From an uncultured bacterium (GTDB lineage Bacteria; Verrucomicrobiota; Kiritimatiellia; RFP12; UBA1067), in the NCBI GenBank assembly GCA_902802945.1, contig CADCOC010000030.1, forward strand, positions 2,533 through 66,532: a stretch of DNA of 64,000 nucleotides. The letters are read 5' to 3'. The stretch's first letter is position 1; each line of letters starts with the position of its first letter. The translations under genes and the position numbers were made by a program. Of this stretch, positions 1-8,910 are shown piece after piece. The notes under the pieces are model-generated. The model had not been told where the DNA came from. It searched no databases and saw only the letters and a program-made list of their open reading frames with translations.

Positions 1-2282
1 GCCTCCTGTGCGTTAGGGAACCGCTTGCGCAGTTCGGCCATGACATCCCGGGACTCCTTCTCCCGCCCCTTTTCCTTGAGAATGGCCGCTGCGCGGGAGA
101 GGGCGTGTGGCACCATCTTCGCGTCGTCGAACAGCGACCCTACGAGCATGTGGTAGGCAAGGGCCTTGTCCATCTCCCCGCGCTCCTCCTCGTTCGCCGC
201 GAGCGCGGCGTATGCCTGGATGCGCAGGGACCGTTGTTCGGGTGACTGGGCGCGGGTGACGGCGTTCTCAAGGTGCTCACGCGCCTCGTCGAACTGCCCG
301 CCTTCGGACTCAAGCCGTCCCAGCGCAAGCGCGGCCAGCGCGCCGCTCTCCGTCTCGGCCCCGGTTGCAAGCGCGCGGGCGTACGCCTCCTTCGCGGCGT
401 CTTTCTCGCCCAACCGCTCGCGGGCCTGCCCCAGCAGCGTGGCCGCAGTCTGCGTCCAGGCCGGATCCACGTTTCTGCGCTCAAGCACGGACGCGGCGGC
501 GCAGGCGGGGCCCCATTCCTGCACGTCCATCAGCGTGCGTGCCGTCCACTCCAGAACCTCCGGCGTGAGGCGCCCAACGGCCTTAGTGCTCAGGATAGAG
601 GCAAACAGCGTCGCCGCCTCGCGCGACGCCCCACGCCTCTTGAGCACGGACGCGAGCTCCAGCTTTATCTCGCGCTCAAAGACGGCCGATGGCTTTTCCG
701 CCAGCGCGGCGCGGAAGTGCTTCTCCGCCTCGGGTTCGTCGCCAGCGCCTAGCGCCGCAACTCCCCACCAGTAGAGGTTCTCCATGCGCCGGGCCGCGTT
801 CGGGAAGCGCGTAATCCGCTCGCCCAGCAGCTGCTCCGCCGCGCGGTAGTCACGCGCGGTCTTCTCAGGACGCCTCAGCACCGCAATGGCGCGCGCATAG
901 AGCGCGTCGGACGCATACGGGGAGTCGGGATAGCGCGCCACAAGGTTCTTCCAGTCGTTGCACGCCTGTTCGACCTGTCCGCGCTTCATTTCGCATGCGC
1001 CCGCCAGAAAGAGAGCCTGCGGGGCCACGGCGTTTGTGGGCCAGTCGCCGGCAAGGCCACGATAGGCTATGGCCGCGCGCGCCCAGTCGCGCGTCTGCTC
1101 CAGCAGCCACGCGAGACGGTGGACCGCACGCGGCGCGAACGCGCTTTTCCTGTTCTTCGCCATGCGGCGCGCGTATTCGACGGCAACGGGATAGTTCGTG
1201 AGCGCAATTGCGCTTTCGCAGCCGAGGCTCCAAGCGCGCTCGGCGTACTTCGCCGGAGGGTCTCCGTGCGTTGAGAGCATCTTCAGGACGCCGGCGTTGT
1301 CCCCCTGCGCCGAGATCACCGACAGGTAGTCGAACCACGCCTCATCGGCGTAGCGTCCCTTCGGAAACTCCTTCAGCTGCGCGGCGTACGCATGTATCGC
1401 GTCCACACGCCGCTCAAGCATCCGCAACGCCGAAGCGGTGATGTAGTAGGCGTCCTCGTTGTCTGGTCCGCGCAGCGGCGAAGCTATCTCCAGTGCCTCG
1501 GAGTAGCGTCCGGAAAGATAGCAGGCCCAGGCTGCGTAGATACGCGACTCCTTTACGCGCGGTGAATCGCGGAATTCGGATGCGAGACGGTGGAAGAGCC
1601 TGGCGGCCTCGGTATACCTCTCGTCACGATAACCCAGCATCGCGGCGGAGAACAGAGCCTCTGCCGCGACCTGCGGATCGCTCGACGCGGCCATGTCCAG
1701 GTAGATGCCGAGCGCCTGGCGCCTGTCCTGCACCGAGTCGGACTCCGAAAGCAGGGCCGCCCCCTTCAGGCGGGCGAGGCGCGCCACGTCGTTCGTGCGC
1801 GAAATCTCCGCGGCGCGCCGGTAGTAGTCGATGGCGCTCTTCGCGTCCTTCGCGTCACGGGCAATGTCGCCCAAGTAGTTGAGCGCCGTTGCGCGTATTG
1901 AATCAGAGGCGCTCCTGCGGTCCAGTTCCTTCAGTTCCCGCGCGCGCGCTTCGCCGGTGCGGAGCATCGCGCGGTTCAGGCGCGCCACGTCGGCATAACG
2001 CGAGGCCGGCGTGGATGTGATCAACTCTGCGTAGCAGGTGAGCGCGTCTTCGGGCCGTTTGAGGATGCGGTAGGTGTCCCCGAGGCGGAACAGCACCTCG
2101 TCGTGCGGCACGCCCTTCGCGTTGCGTATGGCCTCGTACTCGCGCAGGGCATCGGCGTACATGCCCCTTTTCGAGAGCTGGATGGCCAGCTCCAGACGGT
2201 CGGGCGGCGGCGCGGTTACGAGCTGCGCGGCGAGCGGCAGAGCCACGAGGGCCAGGACTATAGGACAGAATCGCTTGAACAT
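1..2282 (-). CDS. TPR-repeat protein with N-terminal signal peptide; C-terminus lies beyond the window start
   Basis: Absent from the ORF track because no stop lies inside the window. Manual minus-strand translation from ATG 2282 is open for about 760 codons (MFKRFCPIVLALVALPLAAQL...). It shows repeated about 34-aa Ala/Tyr/Leu helical pairs typical of TPR. All listed plus-strand ORFs here are Arg/Ser/Ala-rich shadows. Confidence 0.75.
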   Translation of the reverse strand, partial: MFKRFCPIVLALVALPLAAQLVTAPPPDRLELAIQLSKRGMYADALREYEAIRNAKGVPHDEVLFRLGDTYRILKRPEDALTCYAELITSTPASRYADVARLNRAMLRTGEARARELKELDRRSASDSIRATALNYLGDIARDAKDAKSAIDYYRRAAEISRTNDVARLARLKGAALLSESDSVQDRRQALGIYLDMAASSDPQVAAEALFSAAMLGYRDERYTEAARLFHRLASEFRDSPRVKESRIYAAWACYLSGRYSEALEIASPLRGPDNEDAYYITASALRMLERRVDAIHAYAAQLKEFPKGRYADEAWFDYLSVISAQGDNAGVLKMLSTHGDPPAKYAERAWSLGCESAIALTNYPVAVEYARRMAKNRKSAFAPRAVHRLAWLLEQTRDWARAAIAYRGLAGDWPTNAVAPQALFLAGACEMKRGQVEQACNDWKNLVARYPDSPYASDALYARAIAVLRRPEKTARDYRAAEQLLGERITRFPNAARRMENLYWWGVAALGAGDEPEAEKHFRAALAEKPSAVFEREIKLELASVLKRRGASREAATLFASILSTKAVGRLTPEVLEWTARTLMDVQEWGPACAAASVLERRNVDPAWTQTAATLLGQARERLGEKDAAKEAYARALATGAETESGALAALALGRLESEGGQFDEAREHLENAVTRAQSPEQRSLRIQAYAALAANEEERGEMDKALAYHMLVGSLFDDAKMVPHALSRAAAILKEKGREKESRDVMAELRKRFPNAQE

Positions 2283-2290
2283 CGGAGAAG

Positions 2291-2299
2291 ATTATACCA
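2291..2299 (-). promoter_or_regulatory. Extended -10 box (TGGTATAAT) 8 nt upstream of the TPR gene ATG; possible leaderless or near-leaderless start
   Basis: The minus strand reads tttttttGGTATAATcttctccgATG. No Shine-Dalgarno sequence lies between the box and the ATG. Confidence 0.35.
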
Positions 2300-2325
2300 A
2301 AAAAACGCCCCTTGTGCGCATCCTT

Positions 2326-4041
2326 TTAATCGTTCTTCCTGAAAGGAAGCGGGAACGACACCCTTTCCGTCCGATTGGTGGCAAGCGGATCCTTCGCCTG
2401 CTCGTCAAGGGAACGCGTGTCCAGCGAGGCGATGCCCTCGATCGCGTTACCATGGCGGTCGCCGGGCTCGAGCTTCACGCCCTCCGTGTACATGCGGCCG
2501 AGCACCGCGTTCTTGGGCAGACCGATGTCCTTTGGCACGTGCTTCGGATCGGCCATGCCCACGGTCACAAAAACGAGGATTTCCTTTTGCACCTTCGTGC
2601 GTATCTTGCGCCCGAAGAGCTTGTCGCCGATCCACGGGATGTCGCGCAACCACGGAATGCCGGAGTCCGTCTGCTCTTCAGTAGTCCTCGAAAGACCGCC
2701 TATCACCGCCGTCTCCCCCGCCGTCAGCGTGAAGTCTGTAACAAGGCGCTGCACGTCCAGCACTGGATATTTCGACGAATACGTGCCGGCGCTGTTGGCC
2801 GTCGTGGATGTGTCGCCAGCGCTGGCGGTGACCCAGTCCGTGCGACTCGAGATCGTTGGGACGATGGACACGTTGATGAGCCCGTTGGAGCTCACGCGCG
2901 GCGTCACCTCCAATAGGATGCCCCAACTGAAGAACGCCTCCTTCGCGAACATCATCTTGTCCTCGCCCGGCACCTCGGCCATGTTCATACTGAGGTCCAA
3001 GGAGTCCGAGCTGCCGCCAGTCGTTCGCTTGGCGGAGATCGTGACGTTGGGGTACTTCTCGGTCATGTCCACCGTGGCCTTCTTTCCGTTCGACACTATG
3101 ATCTTCGGGTTGGAGAAGATGCGCGCGTCGCCGCTGGAATCAAGCGCGCTCAGCACCAGCGACATGTCGGAGAACTGGAGAGTGCCGGTAAAATAGCTGA
3201 GGCCGCCGTCACGTCCGGTCATTGTTGATGTCTCGGACGACGTGCGTTCCGATGTGGTGGCTCCATTCTCCAGCGTGCGTTCCGTGAAGGAAGATGTCTT
3301 CGACGCGGTCTGCCCGGCGATGCCGTATGAGTAGTTGCCGGTGTTCCCAGACGAGACCGTGCGCTGGAAGTCCCTCACCGCGTTGCCCACGACCAGTCGG
3401 TCCATGCCGCCGCCGAACGAGGCGGTGCCCTTCATTCCGTCTAGCATGGACCAGTCAATGCCGAGCTTGTGCGTGGCCGAGTTTTGAAGCTCCACGAAAC
3501 GCGCCTCGATGTAGACCTGTGGAACCTCGATGTCAATCGCCTTCACCACTTTTTCGCAGGCATCGAGGATCATTCCGGGAGCCGTGACCATCACAGTGTT
3601 CGCCTCTGGAAAGGCTTGGGCCATCTTGGCTACCCTGAACGCAATGCCGAAGTCCCCGCTCCACGTGCTGTTGAACCTCTCAGCAACCTCCAAGGCACTC
3701 GCATGGTAAAGCCTAAAAGTGCGGGTGGAGATGAGCAACTTCTCGTTCCACGCCATCCATACTGGGTTGGTGGCGACAAGCGGGACGACGTTCGTAACGC
3801 ACGCGGACGAGGCCGGTGCGCTGTTCGTGGGCATCAGCGCCGCAGTCTGCACCGCGTTCGTGACGCCGCCCGAAGAAGACGCGTCCGACTTTGCCGCCGC
3901 TGCCGCCGCAGTCGACTTTGCCGCCGCTACCGACACTGCCGCTGCGGCCGGCTTTGCCGCCGCAGCCTTCTTCTTTGGCTTACGTGCGGCTACGCACACC
4001 GAGACAAGCACAAGAACGAATAGTAAGAGGCGATATTTCAT
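2326..4041 (-). CDS. Secretin-family outer-membrane channel (GspD/PilQ/MshL-like) with an Ala/Lys-rich N-terminal linker and a short N-domain region
   Basis: 571 aa with a signal or anchor sequence MKYRLLLFVLVLVSVCVAA. The secretin core motifs are present: IFSNPKIIVSNGKKATV, VLDVQRLVTDFTLTAGETAVIGGL, IPWLRDIPWIGDKLFG. Confidence 0.85.
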   Translation of the reverse strand: MKYRLLLFVLVLVSVCVAARKPKKKAAAAKPAAAAVSVAAAKSTAAAAAAKSDASSSGGVTNAVQTAALMPTNSAPASSACVTNVVPLVATNPVWMAWNEKLLISTRTFRLYHASALEVAERFNSTWSGDFGIAFRVAKMAQAFPEANTVMVTAPGMILDACEKVVKAIDIEVPQVYIEARFVELQNSATHKLGIDWSMLDGMKGTASFGGGMDRLVVGNAVRDFQRTVSSGNTGNYSYGIAGQTASKTSSFTERTLENGATTSERTSSETSTMTGRDGGLSYFTGTLQFSDMSLVLSALDSSGDARIFSNPKIIVSNGKKATVDMTEKYPNVTISAKRTTGGSSDSLDLSMNMAEVPGEDKMMFAKEAFFSWGILLEVTPRVSSNGLINVSIVPTISSRTDWVTASAGDTSTTANSAGTYSSKYPVLDVQRLVTDFTLTAGETAVIGGLSRTTEEQTDSGIPWLRDIPWIGDKLFGRKIRTKVQKEILVFVTVGMADPKHVPKDIGLPKNAVLGRMYTEGVKLEPGDRHGNAIEGIASLDTRSLDEQAKDPLATNRTERVSFPLPFRKND

Positions 4042-4047
4042 GCCTAT

Positions 4048-4056
4048 ATTATAGCA
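4048..4056 (-). promoter_or_regulatory. Extended -10 box (TGCTATAAT) 6 nt upstream of the secretin ATG; candidate internal promoter giving a leaderless mRNA
   Basis: The minus strand reads ggtaaaTGCTATAATataggcATG, with no SD. Confidence 0.35.
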
Positions 4057-4093
4057 TTTACCACCGCGCGCCGCGAGAGGAAAATCACTCTCA

Positions 4094-7000
4094 TCAGTAC
4101 ACGCTTATCATGACGCCCTTGCGCGCACCCTTGAGGACGAGCGTCGCACCTTCCTTCGCGAGCTTGTACTTACGGTTCGTCCCGTCGGCCAGCGCGAACT
4201 TGGTGAGGTCAATGTCGGACTCGCTCGCCGCAGTCAGAAGGACGACCTTCGCCGCCGGCGTGCCCAGCGCGCTGACATCGACGATCACCGTTCCCGATGC
4301 AGGATAGGTGATTGAGCCGGAGACCGAAAGCCCGTTCTCGTCCGAGGCGAACGCCTTGAAGGTCGAACCCGCGTTGAACGTCAGGTTGCCAGTCAGCGTT
4401 CCCGTGCCGCCAATAGTGCCCGCAACCGTCGTCGCGCCAACCCACGTACCCGTGAGGTTAACGGAGCCGTCAATTTGGGCAGGAATGTTTACCGTCTGCG
4501 TACCAGACAACGTCAATGTACCAGGAGTGCCCGTCGCTGGAGCCACCACATTGAATTGAGTAATGCGGTTCGAGACAAACTTGCCCTGCCATTCCGTATC
4601 CTTCGATTGCGTGACTGTAAGGATTCTGCCATTCGCACCATTGTCACTCCAGTCCGAACGGATATTCTTGGAACCGGCAAGACTGCCGATAACGGTCTCA
4701 CCATTGTTTTTCGTCGGGAGAATGAGTGAATCAGCGAGCTCTGACTGAATAGTAAGCGTCGCAGCCGGCATATTGGCATCAACCTTGGGGTACGCCCTCC
4801 AACCGGCACTTGACGAAAACTTCAGCGTTCCCGTTCCCGTAATATTGCCCATCTCGGTATTTTGATCGTCCGTATTCGACGAACTCACAAATTCCAACAC
4901 GCCAGTATCGCCGAGAACCATAGCCGTGCCGCCGCCCCATTTGCTGCGGGAAGAGGCCTTGACCGTGCCGTCGACGACGAAACGCATGCCGACGCCCCAC
5001 CATGCACCGGACGAGTTATCAAGGTCAAGTGTCGCGCCCTCGGAGATGTAAATATCTCCTGCCGTAATCGTAGCGGGCAGCGTGGGGCCAAACACCAATA
5101 TGCGCTTGGCGGCACCATTGTTTCCAACAACGGGACCAGTGAAGCCAGACCAGTCATCAGTTATCTGCCAAACAGCCGTTGCCGCACCATTATTGGGAAT
5201 GGAAATCGTACCGCTACCTTTGAGCGTAGCAACCTTGAACGTATTGTTGAGTCCCGAGGAACCATCGTTCCAAGCAAACGTACCACCAATCTCCAGCGCC
5301 GGGACACACGTGTAGTTGGGCTTGAGCCAGCCACGGCAATTCGTCAGCTTGAGCGTCGAGCCACTATTACCGTAGTCATTGAAATTGTAGTCGCCATTGA
5401 GAGCCGTAACACCCTGAATCTCGACCGTTCCGGTCCATGCGGCATTCTTCCACCAAGCATCACCAGTCGGTGAAGGAACTCCGCCAAAGACAACCGTGCC
5501 AGAGCCAGAAACGGCGGAAGAGGCGGACGATGCCAGCGTGCCGTTGGCGACGAGCGTACCGTTTACCACAAAGCCACCATTGGCAGTCCATGCCTTGCCA
5601 GAGGGAACCGTCATCGTCACTCCAGACCTGATTTCGAGCTTGCCGTTTGGATTTGCCGAAGCCGAATAATCAGGCTGAGAACCGCCCACATAGACATACT
5701 TTCCAGACAGGTTGAACGCGCCCGTGAAGTCGCTGGCGTCAACGATGTAGATATGTTCGCCAGCACCGCTGCCCTGAGTCTTGAGTGTGCCTGTGCCCTT
5801 AAGGGTGTTGATCTTCACCAAATTGCCACCCCAGCCATTGCTGTAGGTGAAGGCCACAGTATTGCCCTCGTCCACAAGTTCAAGCGGAACGGTGTGAACA
5901 TAAGTGCTGCCATTCCAGGAACTGGTCTGCAAATAGCCGGTCACGCCAGTAAAGCGGATAGTCGAAGCGGCGTTGCCAAACTTGGTGCCCTCAAACGACG
6001 AGACCGACTGGTTCTTGATCCAGACCGTACCAGACCAGCCAATATTCGCCCAACCCTTACCTTCGACAGGCGCAGTAGTGTCATACACAACCGTACCGGA
6101 GCCGGTGAAGGTTGTGGCGTCGAGGCGATCGGCGTTGATATTCATTACAACGTCCTTTGCAACGTCGATGGTGGCGGCGGTAATATTCTCGCTGCCAGCG
6201 AGCGTCAGCGTGCCGCTGCCGACTACGTAAACCGTACCCGACAGCGTTCTCTCCTCGCTGACCGTGTAGGTCGTAGGACCAGAGACCTCGATGACGAGAT
6301 CGTTCTCGCCAACTTCCGGCACATACTGGACAACCTGAATCGCAGCGAAACATCCGCGGGCGGTCGGAGTCGCCCCACCAACGCGGTGCGCGACCATGGT
6401 GACGGTATCGCCGGAAAGGACGGCGGAGACTAGAGTGTTCGTGCCTTCAGCAATCGGTTCCGCGCTTTGATCCGCACCGGCGCTGCCCCAAGATGTCGTA
6501 CCTGTCTGCTGGACTCCATCAACGTATGTGAAGTTGAAGCCGTTGATAGTGTCGTAGCCGAACTTGGCCCTATTCTGGTCGGTGGAGTGATAGACGATGA
6601 CACGATAGTGCTCGTAGGGGATGCCCGTAATTGTCACAGCCGGGGTAGTCTTCTCGGCTCCTTCGTCGATATAGCCGTGAAGCGGATTATTCGCCGATGA
6701 TAGGCCACTGCAGCTATAAGAACCACGATGACCAGAAACCTTTACGCTCACTCCAGCCGCTACAGAAGCCGCGCCTGTTGAATCAATGGAATTGACCGTG
6801 TTGAATGTCTGCTCATTGGCATTGTTGGGGATGGTGAAATTGTTCCAGGAAGTGCCGGGAACCGCATATCCTTCCAGACCGACATCGTCACTGGTCGTGA
6901 GGCCGTTGCCCGCACCGTTCGTGAAGTTGATGTTGATAGAGGGCTTGTATTCCTTGATGTCGGACGGATCGCCGTCAACCCAGAAGAGGAGAATGCCCGT

Positions 7001-8752
7001 GGCCGTCTGGACGAGTTCGCACGTGCCGACCGCGTTGTCCGTCGTGAGGGTTGTCGTGCCGGTCGATTTCACCGAGGAGAGGTTCACGGTCCTGACGACC
7101 TCGTCAGACGAGTTCTTGACCTTGATCGCGGCGTCCGCCGTGAACGTCGGGGTGGAAGAGGTGAACGAGACAAGCGTCTTCGACTGGACGGACTTTTCAT
7201 TGCCGGAAAGCGTCACGTCCGCCATCTTGATCTTGTGGTTGGCGGCAGAGACGGCCTGATACGAGACGCTGCCCGCACCCTTTAGGTAGTACTCGAAAGT
7301 ATTGTTGGCGTTGCCGGACGTAAGGTTCACATTCCATGTGATGCCGTTCGCCTTGGCCACCGAGAGTTTAATCACCTGATTGGCGGTGATATTGCCTCCG
7401 CCGAAGCCGCCAACTGTCAGCTGGGATTTTTCGTCAACGGTCATCCACATGGTGGTGTCACCCTGGTACTTGACGAAGTTGTTCATCGTGACAGTGGCAC
7501 CGTTGTAGAGGCCCATCCGAAGGTTCCAGCCCTCCACCGACATGCCTGCGTTGATATTGATGTTGCTTCCATCGAAGAGAATCGGATCCCAGGTGTTTTC
7601 GCCAGACTTTGCAGGCGTGCCGGACGGATTGGCTCCGCTGGAATTCCGCCAATTGCCGGTGCCATTCCACGTGTCGGTACCGACAAACGACCACGTGTAG
7701 TTTTCGGTCTCGCCCGTCACGGGGTTGACGGCCGTGAGGGGCAGGGTGTAGGTGTTCTCGCTCGCGGTGACCTCCTGTCCGTTGGGGCCGGTCACGGTGC
7801 TGAGATAGCCGTTCGGATCCGAAAGAGCGATTCCCGTCTTGGGGAGCGTGACGCTGGTGACGCCGGGATCGGCGATCAGCACGATCGTATCGCCAACGTT
7901 GACGGCGGCGAGAGCTTCGTCAAGTGTCGCATAGGAGGTGTCGCCGATCTGCGCAACGCCGACGAAGAGGAAGTTGGGAAGCTCCTCCGTGAACGAGATG
8001 TCGTCCACTGCACCCTCGCCCTGGAACGCGAGGGCGGAAAGTTGGTTAGCTTCTGGAACGAGGCTCGGAAATTCTTCCGTAAGACCGCCAGTAGTACTAC
8101 GCGCTTGCTTGCCATCAATATAGACGGTGAATAACAATCTTCCGTTAGAGATTGCCGCCTTTACCGTCAGGCGATACCAAGCGTCCGGATCAAGGTGGTT
8201 GCAGGCGTCTGTATCAAGATAGGATATTTCGTAGTCGTTCGTTGAAAAATTCTCTCCGCTGTTTTTGCCGGCGGTGATGACCAGGTTTGACGCGGAATTG
8301 AGCCAGACGGCGAGCTTGCCCGCGTCGTCGGCGATGTCGGCCTCGTCGCGGCACTGCTCGAACTTGATGAGCGTGTCGATGTAGAGCCCGCCGTCGCCAA
8401 GGTCCACCTGCGTAAACGACGGGGACGAAAACGCGCTGGCCGAACCCTCTGCCGCACGGTAGAGAAGGTTTTCGGCATCGACCGCGAGCGCGATCGAGGT
8501 CTCCGCTTCGGCAAACTGGTTCGGACGCCCGCATGCGCCGCCGTAGTAGTTCGCGGCGAGGGACATGTTCGTGCCGGACTGCGCATCGGCGGAGTACCAG
8601 TAGTACTTGCCGCCCTCGGCTGCGGCCCCGGAGACGGAGAACGCATCCCCGGCGGTAAGGCCAGCGAACGTCGTTCCGGACGTGTTGGAAAGCGTAGCGG
8701 CGCTCGCGGCGAACAGCGCGCCGGCGCTCAGCAGCGTGAATATTTTCTCCAT
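4094..8752 (-). CDS. Giant secreted protein: N-terminal LamG/ConA-like domain followed by many autotransporter-associated beta-strand (PATR-like) repeats
   Basis: The long ORF is 4094-8842. I prefer the ATG at 8752 (MEKIFTLLSAGALFAASAAT, signal-like), which has GAGGAG 9 nt upstream. Motifs GTGTLTLSG, GSGTLTLAGS, GTGTLKTQGSG and GTGTLKFSS recur. The N-terminus has the LamG-like pattern WYRLTVKA...FTVYIDG...GAVDDISF. Confidence 0.8.
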   Translation of the reverse strand: MEKIFTLLSAGALFAASAATLSNTSGTTFAGLTAGDAFSVSGAAAEGGKYYWYSADAQSGTNMSLAANYYGGACGRPNQFAEAETSIALAVDAENLLYRAAEGSASAFSSPSFTQVDLGDGGLYIDTLIKFEQCRDEADIADDAGKLAVWLNSASNLVITAGKNSGENFSTNDYEISYLDTDACNHLDPDAWYRLTVKAAISNGRLLFTVYIDGKQARSTTGGLTEEFPSLVPEANQLSALAFQGEGAVDDISFTEELPNFLFVGVAQIGDTSYATLDEALAAVNVGDTIVLIADPGVTSVTLPKTGIALSDPNGYLSTVTGPNGQEVTASENTYTLPLTAVNPVTGETENYTWSFVGTDTWNGTGNWRNSSGANPSGTPAKSGENTWDPILFDGSNININAGMSVEGWNLRMGLYNGATVTMNNFVKYQGDTTMWMTVDEKSQLTVGGFGGGNITANQVIKLSVAKANGITWNVNLTSGNANNTFEYYLKGAGSVSYQAVSAANHKIKMADVTLSGNEKSVQSKTLVSFTSSTPTFTADAAIKVKNSSDEVVRTVNLSSVKSTGTTTLTTDNAVGTCELVQTATGILLFWVDGDPSDIKEYKPSININFTNGAGNGLTTSDDVGLEGYAVPGTSWNNFTIPNNANEQTFNTVNSIDSTGAASVAAGVSVKVSGHRGSYSCSGLSSANNPLHGYIDEGAEKTTPAVTITGIPYEHYRVIVYHSTDQNRAKFGYDTINGFNFTYVDGVQQTGTTSWGSAGADQSAEPIAEGTNTLVSAVLSGDTVTMVAHRVGGATPTARGCFAAIQVVQYVPEVGENDLVIEVSGPTTYTVSEERTLSGTVYVVGSGTLTLAGSENITAATIDVAKDVVMNINADRLDATTFTGSGTVVYDTTAPVEGKGWANIGWSGTVWIKNQSVSSFEGTKFGNAASTIRFTGVTGYLQTSSWNGSTYVHTVPLELVDEGNTVAFTYSNGWGGNLVKINTLKGTGTLKTQGSGAGEHIYIVDASDFTGAFNLSGKYVYVGGSQPDYSASANPNGKLEIRSGVTMTVPSGKAWTANGGFVVNGTLVANGTLASSASSAVSGSGTVVFGGVPSPTGDAWWKNAAWTGTVEIQGVTALNGDYNFNDYGNSGSTLKLTNCRGWLKPNYTCVPALEIGGTFAWNDGSSGLNNTFKVATLKGSGTISIPNNGAATAVWQITDDWSGFTGPVVGNNGAAKRILVFGPTLPATITAGDIYISEGATLDLDNSSGAWWGVGMRFVVDGTVKASSRSKWGGGTAMVLGDTGVLEFVSSSNTDDQNTEMGNITGTGTLKFSSSAGWRAYPKVDANMPAATLTIQSELADSLILPTKNNGETVIGSLAGSKNIRSDWSDNGANGRILTVTQSKDTEWQGKFVSNRITQFNVVAPATGTPGTLTLSGTQTVNIPAQIDGSVNLTGTWVGATTVAGTIGGTGTLTGNLTFNAGSTFKAFASDENGLSVSGSITYPASGTVIVDVSALGTPAAKVVLLTAASESDIDLTKFALADGTNRKYKLAKEGATLVLKGARKGVMISVY

Positions 8753-8795
8753 TTTATTGTCTCCTCGGGCGTTGACCTTTTGGGGGTAGGCGCAC

Positions 8796-8824
8796 ATAAT
8801 ATCAAAATTTTCCCTCTCATGCAA
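8796..8824 (-). promoter_or_regulatory. Sigma70-like promoter for the giant-protein unit (TTGCAT-N17-TATTAT with a TG extension)
   Basis: The minus strand reads cTTGCATgagagggaaaattttgaTATTATgtg. The box lies about 40 nt upstream of ATG 8752. Confidence 0.4.
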
Positions 8825-8853
8825 GCCGTTAGCTCTGAACATGCAATGAACAC

Positions 8854-8882
8854 TTGCGCCATGGGCGAGGATGTGTTACACT
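8854..8882 (+). promoter_or_regulatory. Divergent sigma70-like promoter for the LamG-rfbS-rfbE operon (TTGCGC-N17-TACACT)
   Basis: Read directly on the plus strand. It is followed by AAGGAG and ATG 8911. Confidence 0.35.
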
Positions 8883-8910
8883 GTAGCCAAAAAATCAAAG
8901 GAGAAATCGA

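Noticed and set aside
166-2916. Several 60-280-aa ORFs on both strands across the first 2.9 kb
   Set aside because: The region is covered by one uninterrupted minus-strand TPR frame starting at ATG 2282. That frame is missing from the track only because it has no in-window stop. The secretin gene covers the rest.
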